Shown here piece after piece: positions 47,321-60,036 of a stretch of DNA of 64,000 bases. How positions within the stretch are numbered: the stretch's first letter is position 1; every line of letters starts with the position of its first letter. The stretch is taken from assembly GCA_002269645.1 (NCBI GenBank), contig NIVC01003865.1:9100-73099 (forward strand), written 5' to 3'. This stretch comes from Macrostomum lignano (Eukaryota). The position numbers and the translations under genes were made by a program. The notes below the pieces were generated by a model. That model was not told where the DNA came from. It saw only the letters and a program-made list of their open reading frames with translations, and made no database searches.

Positions 47321-48179
47321 TTGCTGCCTGAGACAGAGATCGGCTGATCTGATCAGACACTAGGACTGATTAGGTAATCTCAAGTCTCCCTGCGCTCGTT
47401 TTTTTATACTGCTCAAACTGTGTTTTTATCCAACTGCTTTTACAAATATTCCTAATCGCTATTTTACACCTTTACTGCTAAATTCAAATATGCGCTATTG
47501 CATCTTTAATCTCTATTTTTTACTTTAATGTCTTGCTTTTATTCTCAATAGGCCTTCAAATATCTAGCACGTATTTTTTAGATGTCCTGTTTTTATTAGA
47601 TCCCTTCTTTGTGCGGGATTTCCCTCCCCTCTTTTTTATCCCCAAATGCGTGCAAAATAGTGCAAAATATTGAAAAATTAGTTTTATATATGTATTTTTA
47701 TTTCAATATTCGTATAAATATTCAAATCGAAATCTGTAAATATTTTTAATTTTTTCGATCAAATACAAAATATAACTGCGGCAGAGTTCTTCGGAACGGA
47801 ACTGACCCGCGCCGGTTTCGACGGCACTTCGTTTTAACAACAAGGCCTAAAGTCGCATCGCAACGCAAAAATTTGTGAAATGGAGAATCTATACTAGCTT
47901 CACATAACCCTATTGTAAGTTACATTTATTAAATCTATTAGTAGAAGAACATTAAAAAAATTAAGCAAAGTTTTGATTCACTGAGCAAGGAAAAATTTCA
48001 AAGAATAATTTTCCAAGAAACTAAATATTTTATACAAACTTTGCGGCAGATTGCGATATAACTAACTACAAGTAGTGAAAAACTAAAAGTTATAGAACTA
48101 ACAGACTAGCTATTAGCTAGTAAGGAGGCATCTAAGAAAACTAATTGACAAAGAAATCAAATTTCTATAATTCGCTCTT

Positions 48180-51100
48180 ATGGATCTCTTAAAACAAGAA
48201 ATACTACAACGCAAAAGAAAGCTCGAGGAGCTTAAAGTTCTGGTAAGATATATTTATTTTCTTTTTTAAATGTAATGTTTGTATTTCTATTTTAATCAAT
48301 ATCTCAGCTTGCATCGCTGCCAAATTTTGTTTCAAAGTCATGCACAACAGTGCTGCTAGGGACTCAGGGATCCTCTGATATAGACATAATACCTTTTGTT
48401 GCTTTTTGTAAGCCTAACTCTATCTCTACTCTATGGAACAACATAGTCAGACCAAATAAGTAAGCACCACTTCTTGATAAATTAAAGGGTAAAAAATGCA
48501 CAAAAGTTTGTTAATAAATGAAAGATCAGATCTTCCACTTTTTAACAACTAAATTTTTTAATTCTTTTTTTACTAAATTAATTTTTTTACTAAGAGCCAT
48601 ATTGCGGATTGTGTTACATGTATGCCAGAAAGTATTTGGCTATCTAGTAAAGTGTATGCTAGTAAATTAAACCAATTAATTGTTCTAGTAAATTGTATGC
48701 CACTAAAAATTGTGTGATTAACAAGCACATAACCAATCAAACAAGCATTAAATGGCAAATAATAATTGTGCTGCAGAAAAACAAAATGTACATCATTTAA
48801 AAATGGAAATAATTAGTAAAACAAAAAAGTATACTTTTTATTAGTAACTATGGAAAAGCTAATTATATTATTTTTAAAAATAATTTATTGTCAATAAATT
48901 TAAAATTAACCTTATTACTGCATACAATTGTTTAGCGTAATTTATGCAATTATGACACATATTTCAATGCTTTTGTATACTGTGCCATAAGCTTCAACAA
49001 ATGTAGTTTAGAATTGTACGCCAATGATTGTGCCAGAAAGTTGTCTTTCCTCTTTGCATTTGTACGCCAGATATACACCAGTTAAAAGCATTTATTCTGG
49101 CATATACTATACATTTCGCAATATGGACTAAGAGTAACACTTAATCTTAAAGTGTGGCTGCAATTATATATGTAAGTACTGAAAAATAAATAACTTTTTT
49201 GATATACATTGGCTATACTTTGTCATAAGTTAAACATTAGCCTTACTAAAGCCAGGGGTATGGAAGCAGCAAGCCCTCCACTAGCTTTACTAAAGCCAGT
49301 GACATTTGTAGTGACATTCCCTACTTAACAAGGCAACAAATAAACTAAATATAGTCCAATAAGTTTCTTAGTTATTAATATTTAGGATAAATACAAAAAT
49401 ACATAAACAATATTTAACACAATACCCATTGTCCCATGTTGAAGACAATAAAGAAGGCTAGTGGGGGGACTAGCCACCCCTATACTCCTGGCTTTAGTAT
49501 GGCTAGTGGGGAGGCTTGCCACCCCTATACCCTTGGCTTTGTAAGGCTATATAATGTTAACTCATAACAAAGCGTAGCTAGTATATATCAAAAAAATTAT
49601 TTCTTTTTCAGTAGCTACATATATAATTGCAGCTGCACTTTAAGATTTAGTGTTTCTCTTAAAAATTTATTTAAATTTTTTTTAATTTAAAATAAAAAAA
49701 CTGCAACAACTTGGAATTTTAAACTTTTTACGCAATCACAAGGCAATTAACATATCCACAAAGCCACAATTTACTTATGAGAGATCCCTACAGAACACAC
49801 ACATTTTATATAAATGATTATATACATGGCAGCTATGCCTATAAGCTCCAATATTATAAACAGGGATACCCACCATGTCTCTAAATGTGAATCCATTCAA
49901 TATTAACAAGTTTCATTGACATGGCAGCTACATCTCTAATAGTGACTAGGTCCATACTTATAGACATATCCCTAGTCACTATTAAAGACATGGCCACTGT
50001 CTATAAGTTTCTGCATTATAGACACAGCCACTGTGTCTCTAAGTCTAGTGTAAAAATCTATACTATAGGTGAAAATAGAGATACTGCACTTACTGCTTGT
50101 TGCATTAGTTGTGTGCTTTTTAATCACGCAATATTTAGTGGCATACAATTTACTAGAATACTTGATTTGTATAATTTATTGGCACACATTGTATTAAATA
50201 GCCAAATACTTTCCAGCGTACATGTACCATATCTATAATACGGGACAAAGTGACTATTTAGCAAGGGTAGTGGTATTTGCTATTGACGAAGTGACCAGGT
50301 TTAGAGGTTTTACTGATTGGTCAGTTGACAAAATGACCAAGATCAATGGCTTACCACTTACCAGTTGTCAAAATGAAACAAATTTAGAATTACATTTACT
50401 CAATTGCAAATGCACTAAGCATTATTTCAAAAGTCTTCATATGTAAATTTTAATGTTAATATTTACTAACAAATTGTTTAGCTATTTTTTTATTTCCTTT
50501 AATTTCTTTAAAAAATACCATTTCCTTTGCTGTAATTTATTGTAATTCAAGTATAAATTCAAATGTATGTATGTATTAGTGCAATTTGAAATTAATTAAT
50601 AGCTGTTTCACTGCAGTGGTTCATTCATGATGTGAGAGTAAGAGTTGATTTAATAGAACAATTCTTGGCATAGATACAGCCATGAACATATCATATGTAC
50701 AAGTGTACACAATACTGCATTGCATAATATATGTATATGTACAGTTGACAAATGCACAGTTGACAAAGTGACCACCATTTTAAAGTGTTGCAATTGTCAA
50801 TTGATGAAGTGGCCACTTTTTGAGATTCACTGATTGGCCAGTTGATGAAGTGACCTGAGAGCAATGGCTCCCCAGTTGACGAAATGCCAGTTGACAATTT
50901 GACTAGGATCCTTTTGATATAGGGCCTAGCCCAAAGGCAAGATTTAGAACAAGTCAAGAGTCGAGTACTTGTGCAAGTGTTATGGCCCATAAATGAAGGG
51001 AAAGAATTAGGGATAGTTGTGCTCTAAGGGAAAGGAAAAGAGATTAGAGGCATAACAATTGAGCATTAAGAATCAAGTTAATAAAATATAAATTTTGGGA

Positions 51101-51870
51101 TATTGATTTCCACAAACTTGGAAGGATAGGGTTGGCATTTGGTCTAAATAAGAGCATTTTACTGGAAAAGAAGTAAAGCTGCAGGCCTATTGGTTGAGGG
51201 CTGCTATAGAGAATAGGGCTGCTGTTGCACCGGAATGCGCTAGTGGCACATGTTCAATCCTTTTTTGGGCAATATGAGCTCCTACTGCCTAATAATGATC
51301 TAAATTTAGTCCTATTTTTAATCAATTTGAAAATAGCTTTAATAGCTTTGCAATAGATCATTGTCCATAAGTAAGGATTAGCTAATTGTTCAGGTTATAT
51401 GAGTAAAGTACAGATAGTCAACTTCAACACTAATGCACGCTCACTATCCAACCCATAGGAGGGCGGCAAGAAGTACTTTCGCCGGGCCGATCTGGCCAAA
51501 AAAGAGGAGGCCGCCTACATCGCCAAGCACAGCGGCAGCGGCTCTGCTGCCGGCTGCAGCGCTTCCAGTGTCAATGGTGCCGCTGGCGGCGGCACATCCG
51601 GCGAGCAGCAGAAGGCGGACAGCAGCGGCAGCTCAGTCAACCAGATCAGCCTGCGCGAGGTTCGGCGCCGACTGCGCGAGAGAAACCAGCCTATTCGATT
51701 GTTTGGCGAGACCGACGAGCTGGTCAGGGCCCGGCTGAAGCTGCTGGAGTCCGAGGACACCGAGGATAAGGGCCTGCGCAACGACCTGCAGGCCGCTATG
51801 GAAAAGGTCGGGACAGACGCCAAGTCAGACAGACAGACACTAAAATAGACAGACAGACAGACAGACAGTA

Positions 51871-51919
<49 letters not shown>

Positions 51920-51940
51920 GTCACACAGATAGACAGTCAC

Positions 51941-52011
<71 letters not shown>

Positions 52012-53968
52012 GTCACACAGATAGACAGTCACACAGACAGACAGACAGACAGACAGACATATTGCCAATATGAAGGGTCTCGATAGGTCCCCAATTACGG
52101 TGACCAAGTCAGCGTGAATTTTAGTCGCGCTCTGGCCAAGTTGCGAAACCCATAGAGATGTAAAAATGCCATCGGTCGGCCTGAAAGACGTCATTATAAA
52201 CGATGGAAAAACCGCTAATACAATTTGACATACAAAAACAGACACTAAGATACTAAATATTTATCCTAGAAGGATTCGACCTAGAATTATGTAACAGTCA
52301 CAGACAGCCTGTTTGGTCACAGACAGCCATTGCTTCTAAATAATGTTTAGCTTGCACTTTATCTCCACCAATACAAATCTTAACTGTACAGGCCGATGCC
52401 AACTACATCCGCGAGCTGATGGACAAGGAGCACGGCAGTCTGGACGTTCAAACCAAGGACGCCATTCTAGACGACGAGGAGAAACGCGAATTAGCCGCTA
52501 AACTGGCCGACCCAAAACTGCACGAGTTCGAACAGATGGACGGAGTGCTGCGCTGTTTCAAGCACATCCTGTGCACCTGGGGCAGCAGGCTGAACTCCCG
52601 GTCGGCTGAGGAGAAGCAGAGCAACAGGTACAGTTGCCGACTAGAAGTGCTTTTCAGTTGTAGAATTTGAGTCTCTAGTTGCTATGGAAACAGTTACAGG
52701 AGATTTCAGTTCCAGAATTGGAGTTTCCAGTTCCAGAATTGAATATTCCGGTTTCAGAATTGGATATTCCAGTTTCAGAATTGGAGTTTCCAGTTTCAGA
52801 ATTGGAGTTTCCAGTTTCAGAATTGGAGTTTCCAGTTCCAGAATTGAATATTCCGGTTTCAGAATTGGATATTCCAGTTTCAGAATTGGAGTTTCCAGTT
52901 TCAGAATTGGAGTTTCCAGTTTCAGAATTGGAGTTTCCAGTTCCAGAATTGAATATTCCGGTTTCAGAATCGGAGATTCCAGTTCCGGAATTGGAGATTC
53001 TGGTTTCAGAATTGGAGTTTCCAGTTCCAGAATCGGAGATTCTGGTTTCAGAATTGGAGTTTCCAGTTCCAGAATTGGAGTTTCCAGTTCCAGAATTGGA
53101 GATTCCAGTTCCAGAATTGGAGTTTCCAGTTTCAGAATTGGAGTTTCCAGTTCCAGAATTGAATATTCCGGTTTCAGAATTGGAGTTTCCAGTTCCAGAA
53201 TTGGAGATTCCAGTTCCAGAATTGGAGTTTCCAGTTTCAGAATTGGAGTTTCCAGTTCCAGAATTGAATATTCCGGTTTCAGAATTGGAGTTTCCAGTTC
53301 CAGAATTGAATATTCCGGTTTCAGAATTGGAGTTTCCAGTTCCAGAATTGAATATTCCGGTTTCAGAATTGGAGTTTCCAGTTCCAGAATTGAATATTCC
53401 GGTTTCAGAATTGGAGTTTCCAGTTCCAGAATTGAATATTCCGGTTTCAGACACGGAGATTCCGGTTCCAGAATCGGAGATTCCGGTTCAGTAAAAGAGA
53501 TCAGTTGCATGGTATCTTTCATTGTTTGCTACGCTCGTACTATAAAAACTGTCCATATCCAGGGGCCGACTAGAGAGCGCCAAGTACACCCAAACGGTGG
53601 AGTACATCCAGCCGCTATTCAAAGCGCTCAAGGACCACAAGATGACCTACGATATTGCTGACAGCTTGGCCCGCATCGTGCAGAATCTCCTGACAAAGAA
53701 TTACATCGAGGCCAACGCCGCCTACATGGAGCTGGCCATCGGGAACGCGCCCTGGCCTCTGGGCGTCACCAACCACGGAATTCATTCTCGCCCAGCTCAG
53801 GCCGGCATTCACGCTAAAAATGTTGCCCACGTGCTCAACGACGAGACGCAGCGCAAGTACATTCAGAGCATCAAGCGGCTGATGTCGCTGGCGCAGGAGT
53901 TTTTCCCCACCGATCCGCACAAATGCGTCAATTATATGGGGCCGAATATGCCCAGCTACCGGCTCTGA
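48180..53968 (+). CDS. PRPF18: Pre-mRNA splicing factor 18; exons 48180-48242, 51459-51806, 52392-52627, 53563-53968 (350 aa)
   Basis: MDLLKQEILQRKRK; KKYFRRADLAKKEE; EVRRRLRERNQPIRLFGET (PRP4-like motif); GLRNDLQAA; AYMELAIGNAPWPLGVT..GIH; VAHVLNDETQRKYIQSIKRL. All introns are GT-AG and in frame. Confidence 0.97.
49129..49661. mobile_element. AT-rich MITE with ~170-bp degenerate TIRs, TA at both ends (PRPF18 intron 1)
   Basis: TAAGAGTAACACTTAATCTTAAAGTG... versus ...CACTTTAAGATTTAGTGTTTCTCTTA. Confidence 0.65.
51822..52058. repeat. (GACA)n microsatellite beginning ~15 nt into PRPF18 intron 2
   Basis: Direct reading. Confidence 0.96.
52700..53490. repeat. 21-bp minisatellite (TCAGAATTGGAGTTTCCAGTT)n filling PRPF18 intron 3
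   Basis: The period is a multiple of 3, giving four long artefactual ORFs. Confidence 0.96.
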
Positions 53969-54573
53969 TGCGTATTGGACAAAGACTAGTGGGATTGTGA
54001 TTGGAGACACTTATGGCTTAGATTGGACAAATACTACTAATGTTGAGATTGAAGAAAGACAAGTGTGATTCAGATTGGACAAAGACTAGTGGGATTAAAA
54101 TTGGACAAAGACTAGTGAGGTTGAGATTGGATAAAGACTAGTAAGGTTGAGATTGGATAAAAATTGGATAAGGAACTAGTGGGATTCAGATTGGACAAAG
54201 ACTAATCGGGTTTAGGGTTGAGATTGGACAAGGACTAGTTGGATTGAAATTCAACAAAGACTAGTGGAACTGAGATTGAACAAAAACTTCCAAATTAATA
54301 GATTAACAAAAATTATGGCTGATCTAATATACTTTAAGGTTCAATATATTTAACATCACCCTTAAATCTGGCAGTGTACTCGTACCTGTAATGCACACCA
54401 AAAATCGTTTCATAGCGTGTACTTGTTCTCACTGCCAATGTATATACTCGTACAAATACAGTCAAAATTCTTGTATGTACTTTCAAATGTGTTTGTTTAT
54501 CTTGATGATGTTTGTTTTTTAACACCGCGAGAAACAGCGCATCCTGCTAAGACTGTCTCACTTCCTCAGCTAC

Positions 54574-57500
54574 TCAAACAAATGAATTCTCTTGCAGCGT
54601 CGTCACGGGATCGGGCTGAGATTTCCCTCCTGCTGTAGCTGCTTCCACTGGTTCCACTGTGGAACTTTCAGTTCGTAAAATCAGCAGGCTTATGGGTGCG
54701 CCTGTTAGCTGTGGGATAGAGTGAGGGAGTGTAGGATAGAGTGAGGGAGTGTGGGATAGAGTGAGGGAGTGTGGGATAGAGTGAGGGAGTGTGGGATAGA
54801 GTGAGGGAGTGTGGGATAGAGTGAGGGAGTGTGGGATAGAGTGAGGGAGCGTGGGATAGAGTGAGGGAGTGTGGGATAGAGTGAGGGAGTGTGGGATAGA
54901 GGGAGTGTGGGATAGAGTGAGGGAGTGTGGGATAGAGGGAGTGTGGGATAGAGTGAGGGAGTGTGGGATAGAGTGAGGGAGTGTGGGATAGAGTGAGGGA
55001 GTGTGGGATAGAGTAAGGGAGTGTGGGATAGAGTGAGAGAGTGCCGGACAGAGTGAGGGAGTGTGGGATAGAGTGAGGGAGTATCGGACAGAGTGAGGGA
55101 GTGTGGGATAGAGTGAGGGAGTGTAGAATAGAGTGAGGGAGTGTCGGACAGAGTGAGGGAGTGTGGGATAAAGTGAGGGAGTGTGGGATAGAGTGAGGGA
55201 GTGTGGGATAGAGTGAGGGAGTGTGGGATAGAGTGAGGGAGTGTGGGATAGAGTGAGGGAGTGTGGGATAGAGCGAGGGAGTGTGTGATAAAGTGAGGGA
55301 GTGTCGGACAGAGTGAGGGAGTGTGGGATAGAGTGAGGGAGTGTGGGATAGAGTGAGGGAGTATCGGACAGAGTGAGGGAGTGTGGGATAGAGTGAAGGA
55401 GTGTGGGATGGATATACTATCCAACCTGGCCAATCGTGTCGGCCTCCCATCTGTCCGGGCAGGCGCCGGTGTCCAGGCCATTGAGCTCCAGGACGCGGTC
55501 GCCTTGCCGAAGTCGGCCGTCTCGATGCGCCGGACTGCCGGGCGTCAAGCTGTGGACGAACAGGCCGAGTGGGGACCGCCTGGGGTGGGATGTGCGTTGG
55601 ATAGTGAGGTAGATAGAAAAACAGGCAGCCGATAGTGAGGTAGATAGGAAAACAGGCAGCCGATAGTGAGGTAGATAGGAAACATGCAGCCAGCCGATAG
55701 TGAGTTAGACAGGGAAACAGGCAGCCGATAGTGAGGTAGACAGGAAACAGGCAGCCGATAGTGAGGTAGACAGGGAAACAGCCAGCCGATAGTGAGGTAG
55801 ACAGGGAAACAGCCAGCCGATAGTGAGGTAGACAGGGAAACAGCCAGCCGATAGTGAGGTAGACAGGAAACAGGCAGCCGATAGTGAGGTAGACAGGGAA
55901 ACAGCCAGCCGATAGTGAGGTAGACAGGAAACAGGCAGCCGATAGTGAGGTAGACAGGAAACAGGCAGCCGATAGTGAGGTAAACGGGGAAACAGGCAGC
56001 CGATAGTGAGGTAAACGGGGAAACAGGCAGCCGATAGTGAGGTAAACGGGGAAACGCACCTCCTGCACACCAGTCGGATCCCGAGTCTGCTTGATCCCTG
56101 ACTGGGAGCAATTCGAATTCTCAATAACAGCGGCCGCCGCCGCCTCCCATTGGCTGCCGATGCCAGAGCGCGGTTTCGCTGGGCTGCTAGAAGTTCGATC
56201 GAGTAGCTACCGTTGTTGCTGACGTTTGACGCGGCGCAGACGTGGCGCAAGATCGCAATGTCGCACTGGGAGGCGGCTGCGCCAGAGCTCAGCGCCTGTC
56301 TAGCCTCGCCATGAGTGGCCCGGGTCAGGTCGTTATCGTTCACCTTTTGTTAGTTAAAGTGCAAAATTAACTGGTTATCACCTACTTCTATATTCAGTAG
56401 CAAGTAAAGAAAACTATAACTATCTTTTGTAAGAAAGGTGAATTGAAAAGGCAGATGCGTTTGGTTTGTATCGAACTGGCAGTCACGTGACAAGTGTTGC
56501 TATCAGTTCAGGAGTAGTGTACGTTGGTTAGGCAGGCAATGTACATATATGCAAGCGGCGCGAAGATGCGGGCAATAAAAATGGGCGGGGGAGACAGATA
56601 AGCGCGCCAAATTACAAAGGAATAAATTGTGAGTGAGGGAAAAAGTGATTGTACTACTATGTTGAAAGTAGCTTAAATAGCGTATGTGCTGGGAATTGTG
56701 CAGCGCATACAACATAATAAAGTTACATAAGATTCTCAAAAGTGCAGGTGACTAGTAATTGTTTTTCAAACCTGTAGAATGACGTCACCAGATCGCAGTC
56801 GATCGTCTCTGTCGGCCAGACCGCCTGGCATGATCTTCTGAATGAGAACGCAGCCCTGACAGGGGGGTTATAATAGCATATATATTATCTTCCTAATTGT
56901 CAATACTACATTGTTTATTTTTTGCAATGAAACTTCACTCAATACTGATTGTAAGAACATTGCAAACCAGTGAGGTATCGCAGCCTCCGATGAAGCTGAT
57001 TCCCAGACTCCCAGTGCCGCGCTGCAGTTGAACAATGGCCGCGATGCTCGTGTATGAGTTGGTGTCCGACTCGTCCTCTCCGTAATCGTTTAGCAGGGCA
57101 TTGCTGTTAGTAGAGACATTTTCAAGCAGCCGATCCGTGCGCTGAGCTGGAAGATTTGAGGGGCATGAAAAATGGCCAACATTGTGTCATTGCCTCAGGT
57201 GAGAAGAATGTACATAAGTGCCCGTCGGCTCATTCTCCCAGCCATAAACTTATCTATTTGCTCATTCTGCCAGTCATAAACCTTTCTATCTGCTCATTCT
57301 GCCAGTCATACACCTGTCTATCTGCTCATTCTGCCAGTCATACACCTGTCTATCTGCTCATTCTCCCAGTCATACACCTGTCTATCTGCTCATTCTCCCA
57401 GTCATACACCTGTCTATCTGCTCATTCTGCCAGTCATACACCTGTCTATCTGCTCATTCTGCCAGTCATACACTTGTCTATCTGCTCATTCTGCCAGTCA

Positions 57501-59547
57501 TAAACCTTTCTATCTGCTCATTCTCCCAGCCATAAACCTGTCTATCTGCTCATTCATACACCAGTCTATCTGTTCATTCTCTCATTCATACAACAGTCTA
57601 TCTGCTTGTTCTTACATTCATACACCAGTCTATCTGCTTGTTTTTACATTCATACACCTGTCTATCTGCTTGTTTTTACATTCATACACCAGTCTATCTG
57701 CTTGTTTTTACATTCATACACCTGTCTATCTGCTTGTTCTTACATTCATACACCTGTCTATCTGCTTGTTCTTACATTCATACACCTGTCTATCTGTTCA
57801 TTCTCCCAATGTATTCATTCAGCCTATAGTGAGGCACAGCCCATCTCCCAGTTCTGACTCACCAGTTGAAGAAGACGGTCCCTGCAGCTCATGGCGATCC
57901 TGAATGGCGCACGCTGCTGCAAGTCGCCCCTTGCAGCGTCTGAAATATGATTTTTTAGCTATTGCCTGCGTCTTGATTGACAATTTTTAAGTTCTAGATT
58001 CTTAGAATCAACATAATCTCGATTTTTAGAAACACAATACATAATCTCTAGATTCTTAGAAATAACCAAATCTCCAGATTCTTAGCTTCGTAGAAAAGAC
58101 CAATCTCTAGATCTCTAGATTTCTAGAAATAGCCGAATCTCTAGATTTCTAGAAATAGCCTAATCTCTAGATTTCTAAAAATAGCCGAATCTCTAGATTT
58201 CTAGAAATAGCCTAATCTCTAGATTTCTAAAAATAGCCGAATCTCTAGATTTCTAGAAATAGCCTAATCTCTAGATTTCTAGAACTAGCCTAATCTCTAG
58301 ATTTCTAGAAATAGCCGAATCTCTAGATTTCTAGAACTAGCCTAATCTCTAGATTTCTAGAAATAGCCTAATCTCTAGATTTCTAGAAATAGCCTAATCT
58401 CTAGATTTCTAGAACTAGCCTAATCTCTAGATTTCTAGAAATAGCCTAATCTCTAGATTTCTAGAAATAGCCTAATCTCTAGATTTCTAGAACTAGCCTA
58501 ATCTCTAGATTTCTAGAACTAGCCTAATCTCTAGATTTCTAGAACTAGCCGAATCTCTAGATTTCTAGAACTAGCCTAATCTCTAGATTTCTAGAAATAG
58601 CCTAATCTCTAGATTTCTAGAAATAGCCTAATCTCTAGATTTCTAGAAATAGCCGAATCTCTAGATTTCTAAAAATAGCCGAATCTCTAGATTTCTAGAA
58701 ATAGCCGAATCTCTAGATTTCTAAAAATAGCCGAATCTCTAGATTTCTAAAAATAGCCGAATCTCTAGATTTCTAAAAATAGCCGAATCTCTAGATTTCT
58801 AAAAATAGCCGAATCTCTAGATTTCTAGAAATAGCCGAATCTCTAGATTTCTAGAAATAGTCTAATCTCTAGATTTCTAAAAATAGCCGAATCTCTAGAT
58901 TTCTAGAAATAGCCGAATCTCTAGATTTCTAAAAATAGCCGAATCTCTAGATTTCTAAAAATAGCCGAATCTCTAGATTTCTAAAAATAGTCTAATCTCT
59001 AGATTTCTAAAAATAGCCGAATCTCTAGATTTCTAAAAATAGCCGAATCTCTAGATTTCTAAAAATAGCCTAATCTCTAGATTTCTAGAAGTAGCCTAAT
59101 CTCTAGATTTCTAGAACTAGCCAAATCTCTAGATTTCTAGAAATAGCCTAATCTCTAGATTTCTAGAACTAGCCTAATCTCTAGATTTCTAGAACTAGCC
59201 AAATCTCTAGATTTCTAGAAATAGCCTAATCTCTAGATTTCTAAAAATAGCCTAATCTCTAGATTTCTAGAAGTAGCCTAATCTCTAGATTTCTAGAAAT
59301 AGCCTAATCTCTAGATTCTTAGAAATAGCATAATCTCTAGATTTATAGAAATAGCCTAATCTCTAGATTTCTAGAAATAGCCTAATCTCTAGATTTCTAG
59401 AATTAGTTGAATCTCTAGATTCTTAGAAATAGTCTATAATCTCTTAGATTCTTAGAAAGTCGTCCTAACTCACCTGCAGTGTCCCGCTGTACCAGGTGCA
59501 ACCTCTAGCGATCTGTCCATCAGCCTGCATTGGGGCAGAGAACGGAA
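54574..59547 (-). CDS. LNX: LNX-like PDZ protein; exons (59547/59524-59474), 57939-57863, 57146-56968, 56855-56772, 56343-56060, 55579-55426, 54708-54574; 5' end not identified
   Basis: PDZ1: SLGISFIGGCDTSL|GCVLIQKIMPGGLADRDDRLRSGDVILQ|VNDNDLTRATHGEARQAL. PDZ2: RLGIRLVCRR|RSPLGLFVHSLTPGSPAHRDGRLRQGDRVLELNG...ISLLILR. An upstream RCKG recalls LNX 'CKGASHYG'. The two most upstream exons are tentative. Confidence 0.75.
54711..55408. repeat. 20-bp minisatellite (GTGGGATAGAGTGAGGGAGT)n forming nearly the whole last LNX intron
   Basis: Direct reading. Confidence 0.96.
55598..56052. repeat. 30-31 bp minisatellite (GATAGTGAGGTAGACAGG[G]AAACAG(G/C)CAGCC)n, LNX intron
   Basis: Direct reading. Confidence 0.95.
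57225..57810. repeat. ~32-bp minisatellite (CTGTCTATCTGCTCATTCTGCCAGTCATACAC and a derived variant), LNX intron
   Basis: Direct reading; two sequence variants occupy the left and right halves. Confidence 0.93.
58020..59460. repeat. 26-bp minisatellite (CTCTAGATTTCTAGAAATAGCC(T/G)AAT)n with an internal dyad
   Basis: Direct reading. Confidence 0.96.
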
Positions 59548-60036
59548 CTGTTTAAGCCTGTACTAAATTGGCTAGTACAGGCGCACCATAAACTACCTTA
59601 TCTAGAAGCAGGCGCCGTTGAAAAGTCAGTAACTGTTATGCAAAGACGCAACGCTTGACTGCATTTATTATTAAAAGCCAGTCAAAAAACACTGCACACC
59701 CAGTGGTTCCCCTCTCTTTCCAGACGCCTGCCTGAAAATCGTCTTCAGGGTGGTTTCCATTGACACGGCGCATGACCAGCAGATGGGTTTCTGGTTTCTT
59801 CTCCACTTTCAATTTTTGGCCACTATTCAACTTCTGTTCAGATCTGCTTCTTCTGGTTCAGAGGCGTGTCCTCCTGGTCTGTCTGTCTGTCTGTCTGTCT
59901 GCGTGTCTGTCTGACAGAAACAAACTGGCAGCAGCTGATGCAGGCTGCATGATAACAGAAGCCGGAGTGTTGCAAGCCAAGGAGACCGTTGACGAAAGCC
60001 TGGGATCCCCTGGAGGCGCCAACCTCTTCCTAAACC

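Noticed and set aside
52641-56111. Four ~260-325 aa ORFs at 52641-53661 and ORFs at 54668-56111
   Set aside because: These are intronic 21-, 20- and 31-bp repeats; the real exons are read in other frames with proper splice sites.
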